Shown one piece after another: positions 29,353 to 43,209 of a DNA stretch of 64,000 bases; the first letter of the stretch is position 1; every line of letters begins with the position of its first letter. This DNA comes from Octopus vulgaris. Lineage: Eukaryota. Below the pieces are notes generated by a model. The model ran no database searches and had not been told where the DNA came from. It was given only the letters and a program-made list of their open reading frames with translations. The stretch lies in NCBI GenBank assembly GCA_951406725.2, contig OX597824.1:1984001-2048000 (forward strand), written 5' to 3'. The position numbers were made by a program, and so were the translations under genes.

Positions 29353-29875
29353 GTGTGTGTGCCTATGTGTATACAGATTTTGTACATATACTTTTTGCTG
29401 GTGTATACTAGTAGTGAGCAACGAAAATGGTGAGAAACGAGAAGATGTTAATTATGAGCAAATAACCGAATGATATTTGCTCTGCCCGAACATATAACAA
29501 TCCCTTTATATTTTCGGGAACAGAAACGTGTTGAACCACCATTGACTCCAGTGGAAATTTCTATCCAGAGTAGATGCAATGGAAAAAAAATCGATATAAA
29601 TAATTAAATATTTTTCTACATTTACTTAAAAGACCATACATGGTTATTAATGGCGAAATTGAATAGAGATGTGCGCAAACGCATATGCGCACACACGTAT
29701 TTATATATGTATACCTGTGTTTGTGATTATGAAGCTATGTATGTCTACATGTGGAATTTAAAAAAATTCTATGATCTTGCATATTGTAGGTGATTGTAAC
29801 TGTTAGGAAGCAGCTAACGTTTAACAAGTGACACTCTGCTTTCTTCAATATATCTTTCATTTGCCTCTACCATTT

Positions 29876-29912
<37 letters not shown>

Positions 29913-30224
29913 GTTTTTGGCTTCTTTCTACTCTCACTCTTCTCATTGAAAAAGCTACGCCCAAACTCTTGTGATTCTTTATATCATTCTTTGATAGATG
30001 ATGTACAAAAAATAAACTTTCGTGTAACATCAGATAAATATATTCTGAACGTATATGATCTTCAAAATGAATTTATAATTCATGAATAAAACCTGCTTTT
30101 GCCAACGCAATGCAACACTAGTTCCACTGAATAATTTCTGCTGCCTTTACCTCTCACGTGTATGTCAATATTTATATACATATATATGTATAATTATATA
30201 TACATATTTATTTATATACATACA

Positions 30225-30324
<100 letters not shown>

Positions 30325-30432
30325 CATATATATATATATATTTATATACATATGTGCATGTGTGTGTATGTTCTTATAGGGTGTAAGAGTGATGTATATA
30401 CATATATAGATATATATAGATATATATTTATG

Positions 30433-30480
<48 letters not shown>

Positions 30481-32040
30481 TATATGCATGCTTATATGTA
30501 TATGTACGTATACATAAGACAAATGCAGGGAAAGACGAATAACTACTCACACAGTAATTTTTAACACAAACACAGAGACACACACACATACACACGCACA
30601 CACACACACACGCACGCATGCACGCACATATTTGGTATTATATCATTTTCTCTAAAGTAATTCCTGAAAGATTCATGAAAATTCTTCTGAAAGTATAAAT
30701 ATTATAAATGAAAGAGCGATTCTATTGCCCAAAATATCTATAAAGCAAATAGAATTTTGAATATTTCGTCTCTCATTCTTCACCGTCTCCAATATAGAAT
30801 CGGAACTAAATCTACGTAGAATATAACAATTCATGGTTTCAACAGCTGAGGAAGCCAAGCCAAGGGTATAAATACTAGAATAAACTTGACAATTGAACGG
30901 TGGGAGATGGAAGCGGTCTGATAATATGGAAAGAAAAGAAACGGAATGAGCGTAGAAATGACTTTAACGCTGTAAAATCTCGAGAATTTTGACGAGGACA
31001 AAATACAAGCTTATCCAAGACTTCCACCTCCAAAAAACATAAATAGTTTTCTTAGAGCGTTTCTGCAGTGTACGATAAAATGATCGCAGAATCACATTCG
31101 TTGATAAGCTTTTGAACATAGAACCCTCAACGTACAGCGTTTGAAACAAAGTTGCTAAAAAACAAACAAAAAGAAAAATGTTTTTTTTTCCGTCACATAA
31201 TCTAATAATAAAGGATTTAAATACTAGTAAAAGTATCTTAATTCTTTGCTAATTTCACTACTTCGATTAGTGTTAAAGCAATTCATTCAGTCACCAAACA
31301 ATCAATTTAAAGAATAACCGTTCTGATATACATCGAGAATCTCCCGTTAGAAAAGAAATTTCACACTCGTTTTTCTTAACGCATTTTCACATAATATTTC
31401 ACAATATGCTTATTACCCATGGAGACATACTAAATCTAGGGTTATTGATAAATTTCATTGGATATCAATCAATAGATGAATCTTCCTTTTCATCCATTTC
31501 TATAGCAGTTAATTGTATTTCCAATGCATCTGGTTTCCTCTTCGTTTTGTTTTAAAATTCTTGATTGTCATTTTTCATAAAGTAGACTAAAGACATGGAA
31601 AAAAAGTCCCAGGCAAAGAATATTCAATCATTGAATGAACTTCGTTGCTTTGGGAAGATATCTTTTGTTCTTGTCGCATGCACGTTTTTTTCTTCTGTTC
31701 GTGTATATTACCTAGAGATTAAATGGCAAGCGATACAAATATTTTTTTGAAATCTTCATTAAATATTACACAGAAATATAATGGCACCCTGCAGCTATCG
31801 GCGATATTATATTGTAAATATAAATGGTGATTTTTTTGGTTTTTATTTTATTTTATTTTTACTACATTAGAGATTGCGATTATTTCTCTAATAGCGAAAA
31901 AGAAAACACTGAAGAAATACAAGTTAAAAATATTGAGATTTGAGTTGGTTGTAAACTTGCAGATTGCTAAGGAAGATAATTCGTTTTCTTCGCCATTTTT
32001 CTTTCATGCCTTTACTCTCTCCCCTTTCGCTCTTCCCTCT

Positions 32041-32078
<38 letters not shown>

Positions 32079-32684
32079 CACCGTCTCTGTTCAATACGTA
32101 CAAGTCTTTATTCTGCTCCACCCATCTAATTTTATAATCGTATATACAACCACTTTAAAATTTGCAGGAATTTTAGGAAAATATGACAGCATCTGTGGCG
32201 ACCAATTTTTTTTTCTTTGCATGTTATAACTACAAGGAAATAAATCATATATTTCTCAAAAATTAGATTTTGTCGAATAAAACTTCTTTTTTTTTTCAAA
32301 AATACGTTTTCTGAGTTTACATAATTGTATTCCGAACTTTCTAAAAAAAATTTCTCAATAATATTTTAGATGATAACAAATTTGTGCAACGTTAATAGAT
32401 GTAAGTTTCGATAGGGTAATAAAATATCTCGCATTGGTGACGTGTAGTCTAGGAACTTAAACTAATGGAAAATTGCAATATTTCTCTTCAAATTAAGATG
32501 AAATTGCATGCCATCAAATTTGAATACTTCCGAAATTTTCTCTTCTGTAAATCGCGGTTTGAATAAAGAAATAATTGAGTTGATAGGTTAATGATGTTAT
32601 TTTTGTTAGAGAGTTCTTTAATTCATATCACGTCAATTTTGTAGCGGTAAATACTTGGCAAAGTTGAAATATCTCACTGGTGAG

Positions 32685-32720
<36 letters not shown>

Positions 32721-32727
32721 GTATGTA

Positions 32728-32774
<47 letters not shown>

Positions 32775-33067
32775 GTGTATTTAGCTGAGAGCCTTTACAT
32801 AGATACGATTATTTCGTAAATTCTGCAAATTTTGTTTCAGTTCCTTGCATGGTAATGCATTAGCAATACATTGTGTGATGTTCTATAAAGTTATCAAAAC
32901 AATTCTACATTGAAACAAAATAAAGACTTACGCAATATTTTCACGAGGATATATATTTCATTTTTACAGGAAAAGGTTGGAGCGTGACTTAATTGTTTCC
33001 GTTTACTGGTCGTCATACAACACTGTGACAACCAATACTACACCAAATCGCATCAGCCGTCAAGTAC

Positions 33068-33109
<42 letters not shown>

Positions 33110-33142
33110 TTGTGTATGTGTATGTATGTGTATATATATATA

Positions 33143-33523
33143 TACTCTCTTTTACTCTTTTACATGTTTCAGTCATTTGACTGCGGCCATGCTGGAGCAC
33201 CGCCTTTAGTCGAGCAATTCGACCCCGGGACTTATTCTATTGGTCTCTTTTGCCGAACCGCTAAGTGACGGGGACGTAAACACACCAGCATCGGTTGTCA
33301 AGCAATGCTAGGGGTACAAACACAGACACACAAACACATACACATACATACATATATACATATATACGACAGGCTTCTTTCCATTTCCGTCTACCAAATC
33401 CACTCACAAGGCATTGGTCGGCCCGGGGCTATAGCAGAAGACACTTGCCCAAGATGCCACGCAGTGGGACTGAACCCGGAACCATGTGGTTGGTTAGCAA
33501 GCTACTTACCACACAGCCACTCC

Positions 33524-33524
<1 letters not shown>
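33143..33524 (-). mobile_element. tRNA-derived SINE, family A, full-length
   Basis: Colinear match to 1023-1436. Confidence 0.9.
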
Positions 33525-33560
<36 letters not shown>

Positions 33561-33624
33561 TTTATTGCGTAATAAGATAAAAAAACCAAGGGTGTGTAGA
33601 TATTAGAATATTTATTGATAGAAG

Positions 33625-33676
33625 GTCTTACAGCTGTTTCCAGGATATTTATTAATTATATCCTTTCATCGGAGAC
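33625..33676 (-). ncRNA. Hammerhead ribozyme motif downstream of a PLE RT fragment
   Basis: GUCU-CCGAUGA-A-AGGAUAU(9 nt)AUAUCCU-G-GAAACAGCUGUA-AGAC. Confidence 0.7.
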
Positions 33677-33779
33677 AGTGTGAAAGGATGGTTAAGTAAT
33701 AGTAAATTTAGATAGGATACAAAATAGAGAGTGAGGTGGAGGAAAGAAAATAGATGTGTGATATGTAGTAATATATGTG

Positions 33780-34445
33780 GCTTTTAATATTTTTTATGTA
33801 TGTGTAAAATTTCCTTTAATTTTGGTCCTTATGTAGCATTGTAACATTGGTAAATTTTGGGTGATGATGATGAAGGCTTCTTTGTTTCTGAAGTTGTATG
33901 TGGATATGTACGGCAGTATTTTCGGGGAAGATGTGTTGCTGTGACGAACTTTTCTTAAGGTTTCTATGTCGATTTCTGTTACTCGTCTGGCTCCATCTTC
34001 TGTAAGTTGAACTGGGTCTGTCAATTAGTGTGTTTTTGAGTTCTTGCAGTCTAAGATTTCTGGTATTTTTCTGACGTTATTGTGCATATCCTTGCAAGGG
34101 TGAAGGGAGCGTTTGTTTTGGTGTGTCTTGGATGGCATGAATTAAACAATAGATATTGTTTGGCGTCTGTGGTTTTGTAGGATATGTCTGTTTCTATTTT
34201 TAGGTTTATTTTCTTAATTGCTATATCCAAGAATGGGAGCTCCTTTTGGCTGTATTTCAATGTGAACTGTATGTTAGGGTTGACGCTGTTCAATAGTCTT
34301 TTGATTTTCAGGAATTTGTGTTTTCATTCCAGAGGATGAAGCAGTCGGCTAGGAATATTTTCCAATTTTCCTTTATGTATTAGGAAAGAGAGTTTCCCAG
34401 GGTAGATAAAGATTCCTGGTATATTATTATATCCAGATAGCCCAT
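33780..34445 (-). mobile_element. Penelope-like RT C-terminal/thumb pseudogene fragment
   Basis: YIKENWK.FL.DCFI.W, NSVNPNIQFT......LPFLD, TD..YK.TD.KQYL.F.SCHP.HTK...PF.LAR.ICTI. Confidence 0.9.
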
Positions 34446-34513
34446 TCATAAATATATATGTACACACATATATGCATATTTATATATATACATATACATA
34501 TATATATATAAAT

Positions 34514-34544
<31 letters not shown>

Positions 34545-34573
34545 TACACACATATATATATATATATACATAC

Positions 34574-34623
<50 letters not shown>

Positions 34624-35430
34624 ATATATATATATATATTTACAGCAGTGCTCGGAATGAAGTTGTGTAACGTGTGATCGCCGTATTTAATATAATTAGG
34701 TTGCTTGTCGGACAATGTTCTTTGCTTCGTTATATTTCAGATATCTTAATCAACATGTTTACCAATAGAAAATTACTATAGTCTTACGTTATACGTCGCT
34801 TTCGACGTATAATGGAGTAAAGTTCCCTTATTTGCCGGTGTGTGAAAGTGTTGCATTTCGCTGCTACAATGCACTCTTGCATGCATTCGCATTACTTTAT
34901 AATTTTCCTTTGGGATGAAAAAAATCTAGTTTTATTCTCTTGAGTTGTTGAAAAAAATATTGATAGTGTAGACGATATAATACTGCGCATGCTCATCAAA
35001 CAACATTGTATTATGTAGAATTATTAATCGATTATATTGCGAATATCGGTATGGAAAAAAAAACATGTAGATGTAATCAGCTTGTGAAAGCAATGGAAAA
35101 CTATTTTCCAAAGGCTATCTGCAATTTACTTAATACAGAAATGTAGTTCGATAATGTTTTGTATGTTTGTGTTTAATGTATTTCCTTTCTAATTTTTTAC
35201 GGTGAGTGAAGATGTTCTTGATAAAAAAATAATCCACTTCTGTAGATTAACCATTTCTATAATTATTACTTTTAACAGGCGTTGAGGTTCAGTTGTTTCT
35301 TGGATTCGCGTGTTACATTAGTTTATTATCTCTCTACATATTTATTTACTTATTTAATGAACAGGTAATGTTTGACAGGACGTGGCAGCAATACTAAAAT
35401 TGCAACAGGTGTTTCTCTGATAATGAAATA

Positions 35431-35471
<41 letters not shown>

Positions 35472-35708
35472 TACACATACACACATATATAGGTTTTAAA
35501 AAATGAAACAACGAAGCCACGAGTGTGTGAAATGACTAGGATATTTATGAAGATAAATGTAGTCTTACAGTTGTTTCTGCTCTCTCTGAGTGCTCTTGTT
35601 TATTATATGATATTATATCAGTAAATGAATATATTATATTATAGTATTATGTTAATCAAGTTTAATTTTTGAATTGATAACTGTAAATATCTATTTTCTA
35701 TTCATTTA

Positions 35709-35750
<42 letters not shown>

Positions 35751-35808
35751 TACATATATACATATATACATATATATATGTATATATGTATATATATGTA
35801 TATATGTA

Positions 35809-35901
<93 letters not shown>

Positions 35902-35975
35902 GTATATATATATTTGTAAAAAATGAAGTTCGAAAATGCTGCTATAGTAGACAAATTTTTAATTTTTATATATAC

Positions 35976-36016
35976 ATTATAACATGTTTCGGTTCTTGCG
36001 AACCTTATCAAAAAAA
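35976..36016 (-). ncRNA. Hammerhead-like motif with U3-A8 core
   Basis: UUGAUAA-GGUUC(GCAA)GAACC-GAAACAUGUU. Stem I is weak. Confidence 0.5.
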
Positions 36017-37074
36017 GTTATATATAAAAAAAGATAGTTCATGCTATCAAATATAAAAAATTCATTTATAATATACAATAGAGTCAGACATCAAAAGTTC
36101 ATATATCGTGAAGTGAGTTCGTTCATGCTATATGTTTAGAGAGTATGATGTAGTGGTTCATAGTGGTGATATGCATTCAATATAAAACATAGATCAAAGT
36201 GGTGATATGCAGTCAATATAAAAAATTGGTGTTCCTGAAAGAGCGAGGAATTTATTTTAGATTTTACCTTGAGGAACTGTGATGACTTTTGGTCGGTGTT
36301 CGCTGGATCGTTCTGAAGTATATGTATCTCTGTGGGGATAAACCCAGAAACAAGTGATCGGGAAGTAAACATGCTACCACACAACCACGTCTGCGCCTGC
36401 ACAGTTATGAATGGCATTTCTACTATGACGTCATTCCTTAATTACCGAATACAGAAACAAATGTAAGAGATTAAATCAACGAATACTGACAAAATGCTTT
36501 ATATTTTTCTCACGTTTTACAAATGATAAATACTTCAGAATAAGCTCTACCAACGTAGTTATTCACAAACGATTAAAACTCTCTCGTTCACAAAAACCGA
36601 CTTATTGCGAATTCATTCACTATCGCTAGTAATTCTGTAACCATATATTATTGCTATATAGACTGTAAACAACCTGATGACGACGTCGTCCATTCTTTCC
36701 ACACATTTATTTTAGCCACGATGATATTCCATATATTTAACACACCACTCGCTATCACCAGTGGGCGCGCTGATACATTAGTGAGAAAATTACCGTAAAC
36801 TGCTTTGTACTGGATAGCAGTCAGAGCGACCTGACATACGTATGAGTGTATGTACGTATGTATGTATGTATGTATGTATGTATGTATGTATTATGTATGT
36901 ATGTATGTATGTATATAGGTAGGTAGGTAGATACAAGGGGAGGTAGATATCAAGATAACCATATATATTATGTACGATTACACAAACGTATAGGCACATT
37001 CACACATAAATATGTCTTTAAATGGATGTGCATGTCTACAGAAACAGTGATCACTGTCTATACACATACATGAG

Positions 37075-37123
<49 letters not shown>

Positions 37124-37735
37124 ACATGCAGGAATACTTAGATATGTAATATATTTATGTATGAGACAGAGAGGGAGAGAGAGAGAGAGAGAAAGATTAA
37201 GAGAGGAAGAGATAAGTAGAAATCTCTCCCGATGTTGTGCAAATAGGCAACACATTTCAAAGCTACTCATATCTGTGACACTTGGCATCTCGTTTATCGA
37301 TTATTCATTAGGCGCAACATCGTTGAGTGGATGATGTCTTATTTAATTACAAAACCAGTGTTTAAGTTTCCTATGAATTCAAAATATTGATTGACAATGT
37401 ACTGTTTAGCGTAATTGAATTTCTGAAGTTACTTTCAACAGATAATTGTTCTGGGTAGGAACAGGATATGAAATGAATCGTAGATACACTATGTTTTATA
37501 TATGTGACATATGTGTGTGTGTGTATTTATGTACGTATATAAATATATACATATGTATATACGTATGTGTGTGTGTATGTGTGCGTATGTAGACAGGTAG
37601 ATACATGTATGTATATTTATGTATATATATATGTGTGTGTGTTTGTGTGTGTATACATACAAATGTATATGTCATTGCGTCACTATATATGCTTGCATAT
37701 GAACACTGTATGGAAGTATGGAGCAGAGAGAGTCA

Positions 37736-37784
<49 letters not shown>

Positions 37785-38100
37785 CGTAAGAGAAACAGGG
37801 AGGGAGAGGGGAAAGGTGAGAGACACTGAAAGGAAGTGCAAGAGAAAGAGTGCAAGGGAAAGAGAGAGGGTATGTTACTGAAAATGTGGTATTGATATCT
37901 CTGAAATATATCATGAGACTTTATTTCAGAAAAGGCACATACATACATAAACACACACACATACACACACACACACACACGCACGGACGCAGGCGCGCAC
38001 ACACACACACACACACTCACACAAACACATATATATATATTTGCATAGATGTGTATACGTTTACACACACACCCTTATATATAGGTAGGTAGTTATGTAG

Positions 38101-38137
<37 letters not shown>

Positions 38138-38176
38138 CATATATAGATAGATAAAGAGACAGATAGATAGATATGC

Positions 38177-38231
<55 letters not shown>

Positions 38232-38308
38232 CACATAGATAGATAGAGAGACAGATAGGTAGATAGATAGACACATAGATAGATAGATAGATAGATATAG
38301 ATATATAT

Positions 38309-38379
<71 letters not shown>

Positions 38380-39347
38380 CATAGATAGATAGATATATAA
38401 ATATATGCATATATATGTAAATCCTCTCGCTATATATGTACATATGTATATAAGTATTTGTGTGTATGTTTGTATGTACGAGTGTGCGTATGTGCCTCTG
38501 TGTGTTTGTGTGCATGATTCGAGACTTCCCTCACAACCACCGCCATCTTCGTGCATGATAATTTCCAATGATTATTTTCCACTACAAACGTACCAAATTC
38601 ACACCAAACTTATCTGCATTTTGTAACGATATACGTAAGATGTGGAAGCAAGAATTTGCTGACTTTGCATGCATACATATATCCATACACACACCCACAC
38701 ACAAATATAGATATATTTATTTAGTTATATATATATATATTAAATATACATTATATATATCTATGATATATATATATATATGCATGTGTGTGTGTGTGTG
38801 TGTAACTTCATACACATAGGTGTACACATAACGCAGTACTTTCGCGCAAAAATTATTTGATGTTAACTGCATTAGAGAATAAACGAGTATTATGCAATTC
38901 CGTTCTACTTATTCATTTCATATGTTGTTGAATTTTATGTGATGCTTTAGGCAACATAATTTGTGTGGTGTGACGCAATGGGCTTCCCTAGTTTCGAACG
39001 GCACACATCTGTGTGTCATTTAAAGTATCCGTTGCAGCCAGGAAGAACTTGGTAAACATCTCTTGTTTCTACGATACAGCATCTGTTTTTACAATTCGAA
39101 ATCGGAACTAAGCTTAATTTGAACTCCTGTTGTAATTGATATGACACGTTAAATCTTAAATGGTAATCAGCAGAGACATGAACGTCTTATTCCATACGTG
39201 CTAATTTCCGCTCTATATTTTTTTAAACAACTGCATTTTAGAGAGAAGAGCTTTGCATTTTTACATAATTGGGGTACTTACGTGCATTCATGGCATTGTG
39301 TCTGTTTTTCTGTGGGTATATTTAAATGTTTCATTGATTTCTTCGGC

Positions 39348-39407
39348 ATTGACTGCTGATGAAAGAAAAACCTTGAGGTTAATCTAGAAATTAGCCGATC
39401 TAGCGAT
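39348..39407 (+). ncRNA. Hammerhead-like motif
   Basis: CUG-CUGAUGA-A-AGA..AACC(UUGA)GGUU..UCU-A-GAAAUUAGCCGAUC-UAG. Confidence 0.5.
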
Positions 39408-41166
39408 AACTGGATTTTGTGTATTTCCGTTAACTTGCTCCATCGCTTTTCGACACCTTTGTAACAATAATAGTGAAAATATCTAATGTGGTTCGACGAC
39501 TTAGCGTCTCCTTTCAGCGTACAGGCTAGAATTTTTTCTATGCCCTTAATTATACACCTACACACACACACAAACATACACATATATATATTTATGTATA
39601 TATGTATATATGTATATATGTTATATATAGATATATGCATGTATTCATGTGTATACGTATGCGACTATGTATGTATGTATGTATGTATGTATGGATGGAT
39701 GGATGTATGTATGTATGTATGTATGGATGTATGTATGTATGTATGTATGTATGTATGTATGGATGGATGGATGGATGGATGGATGGATGGATGTATGTAT
39801 GGATGTATGTATGTATGTATGGATGTATGTATGTATGTATGTATGTATGTATGTATGTATGTATGGATGGATGGATGGATGGATGGATGGATGGATGGAT
39901 GTACACATGTATGTATCTAAATAGAAGTGTGCTTGAGTGTATTTGTGTGAAAACACACGCATGGACCCATGAAAGCGCGCGCAGTTATAAATAATACATA
40001 CTGACATAGCTCTCGATTTATTGAATAAAAGTATACCCCGACCCATTGTCCACAAGTAGATGAATAAATCGCGTGGGACAATTTTCCGTTTTCGTTTATA
40101 CTCCATATCAGAAGATACCTAGAATTGCTCAAGCATCCAGGTGGAAGACACGCACCTATCATGTTTTTAATGTTAAACTTTTCAAGTACTGTGTATATAT
40201 GTATGTAGAACATTTTCAATAAGGATCAGTGGGTAGTTGCATATAGGTAGTTGCATATAGATATATACACAAGCACACACAAACACACACACACATCCAC
40301 ACACACAGACGCACACTCACATGGTCATGTATAGAGGGGGTGGATGGCGGTGCGGATATTGGGTTGCCAGTTACACTTGTGTTTTTTTGTTTAGCTTCTT
40401 CTAATCATTTCCAATGTTATTGGAATAAACGAGTAAAATATATATCGAAATCTTTTATGGTTTTCTAGCTCCATTATTCCACTAAATTTGTTTATCATTT
40501 TGTAAATTTTGATAAACGTTTGTTATTTCAGAGATATAGAATCTGAATGCCAAGTAGAAAAACCGAGCGAATTTATCTGACGACCATAGATTTGGAAAGC
40601 TATAAATATTAAAACCCCTTATTTAAAAAGATATCTTTGACACATTCGAAGCTCTTCGAAACTGAATAAGAAAATAGAAAACATTCTATTCAATCATTCT
40701 CTCAACTACAAAAACGACGGGGAAGAGTGTAAAAGGTAATCTCTTCTATCAATCTTTAAAATATAAATTTATTCACACTTCTGTAATACTCATGTGTTAT
40801 ACATTATAAATTTAAGTGGTAGTTTTATAATAAATAAATTCAAATATATTGAAACAATATGAAAATTGCAGTCCGATTTAGAGAACATAAAACTGAAATA
40901 GTTTAGAAATATGCACAAATTTAAAAGTGAGATAATGAAATATAGCATTTTTCTATCTCTGGTGGTTTAGAACACCATATTGGATATTTCCGAAGACATT
41001 ATTGAAATTAGAAAATGGAATTTTTCTAACAATTCCAAATATATATTTCTCGCACTCTCTACCTCTTTCTTCCTCTCTCCGTATTCTCTCTCCCTCTCCT
41101 CTCTTATCTGTGTGTGTATATATATATATATATATAATTATATATAAATACACACTCATATATATG

Positions 41167-41217
<51 letters not shown>

Positions 41218-41256
41218 ATACATATGTATATGTATACAACTGTTTCCTATCATTTT

Positions 41257-41304
41257 GTCTTTGATGAAAGGATAACTTTTATATCCCTGAAACAGCTGTA
41301 AGAC
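41257..41304 (+). ncRNA. Hammerhead motif of the same family as 33625-33676
   Basis: GUCU-UUGAUGA-AAGGAUA(7 nt)UAUCCCU-GAAACAGCUGUA-AGAC. Confidence 0.6.
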
Positions 41305-41514
41305 TACCTATCTCCTTATAAATGTTCTAGAAAGTTCACACTGCCTTGGCTTTGTTGCAACATTTTATTTAACATGCACAGACTTACACACGACCCTCAG
41401 TCTCCACACTCATGCTATCATCGTATCGGGAGTTTAACAGCGCTACTTCCGTAGCACTTGCATAGGCTTACCTGCCTTTTGGATCTTCTGGATGCCAAAA
41501 CGTCTCATATTATA

Positions 41515-41716
41515 TATGCAGCACAAAGTTTTGTCAGTGATCAGGTCACAATTTCAAAGCGACGAAAATATTTTGACATAAATTTAAATGTTGAAGTGAA
41601 TCTAACGGTTTTTCGTGTGTTCTTAAAATGCCTATAAACATCATCCACGCTGCAATTATTTTTGTTCTAGCACACAATCTCAGTTCAAGTCGCTTGCTAT
41701 GCAAGTACATCTCTGT
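41515..41716 (+). repeat. Third copy of the 15.6-16.1 kb pLTR-like repeat, with a G3-C8 hammerhead at 41532-41578
   Basis: UGUCA-GUGAUCA-G-GUCAC..GCGAC-GAAAAUAUUU-UGACA. The downstream part is colinear with the reverse complement of 15550-15690. Confidence 0.85.
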
Positions 41717-41850
41717 AATATACATACATACATACATACATACATACACACATATACACACACACATATATATGGAAAGAGAGAGAGAAACATATATAGA
41801 TATATATGCCTTTATATTTATAAATAAATTGAAATCTATAGTTATAAATG

Positions 41851-41920
<70 letters not shown>

Positions 41921-43209
41921 CATGTACATGTATTTAGTTTTCCTAAATGTATATACCGAAACGTTCCCCGGAGTAGAGCATGTTATGATAATATATAGGT
42001 ATGTCATGAAATATTCATTAACTGAATCGCTCTCATAAGAATGAAGCCTGTCTTCAGGAATATCAACTCACTGAGTCGAATGGAGGAATGCAGAAATCTC
42101 ACGAGAACAATCAGACGATTTTGTAGACTATTTATATTTATGTATAGTGAGAGTCTGATTCTGCATCCCATAGTTTTAATATTCCCAGACGTTTAATGTC
42201 TATAAGTTTCCAATCTCTTACACGTAAACGTATTACGTATCTTTAGAAGCTAGTTCTGATCACATGCCGCGGATTAAAAAGTCATGATATGTTATATTTG
42301 TTATAACGGGTTCCATATAAATTGTTCCTATGTTGTAATAGAAGTCTCTTGTAATAGCAATAGATATATCATGGAAACGTAATTTAAAGCGGTCTTTTTC
42401 CAGATACTCTACCTCTTAAAGATATCCTGATTTTAAGAACATATATCGGAAAATACGAATATCGCCGCCGCACAATCATTTTGGACACGTTGTGATTTAT
42501 CAATGGCGTGTACTCACAGTCAGTCCCATTGTAAGACGACATTTGTTGCCTCAGATATATGGGAAACATAGAATATAGCATTCACCGGTGTTGCGAACAC
42601 CCATCTAGCAGAATATCAATCTGATGCCATTGATGAAGTGATAAGACAGTGGGAGATCGAAATGCATCTGATGACCTTCCTGAGATGATTTCGTTTTCTT
42701 CCATTACATATTCTGCCTTTAAAGCACAGCACACCCACAGAAAATGCTATCTTTGATATCATCAAAGTAAATTGCATTTCAAAGATGTATTAACATAATC
42801 GTGTATATGCTGCTCTTATGAAATTAAATTATATTGCTTCGTAGAGTGTTTGGGTTCCTGTAGATTTCAATTTGCACAAACATACCTGAATGGTTTTCAA
42901 ATATATTCCTCTCCCAAGTCAAAGGACGTTTGATTTAACCAAAGAACCTACTTGTACAGAGGGTCTAAATTTAGGATTGCAAACGATAAACATGTAAATT
43001 CCTTTAAATTCCTTTACAATTCTGGCCCACACATCTATCCTCTCAGTACTTACACAACTGCATCATTTTCTGTGATTTCATATAAACATATATACTCACT
43101 AACATTTGTGCATCTATGTCAATAAATTTGTACATATGAAAAGGATTGTATGCATGTACCTATCTATCTATCGATCGGTCTTCTGCCTGTCTGGCTGTCT
43201 ATGTATCTA

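Noticed and set aside
32970-33065. Strong splice acceptor with a short open frame
   Set aside because: No good donor follows, and the peptide is unrecognisable and runs into a microsatellite
34789-34812. 10-bp perfect hairpin TTATACGTCG-CTTT-CGACGTATAA
   Set aside because: It is short and isolated, could arise by chance in 64 kb, and has no supporting context
36672-36695. CTGATGA followed by a small hairpin
   Set aside because: No GAAA or stem I/III follows, so it is not a hammerhead
42390-42610. Non-repetitive exon-like segment
   Set aside because: All frames tested hit stops between plausible splice sites
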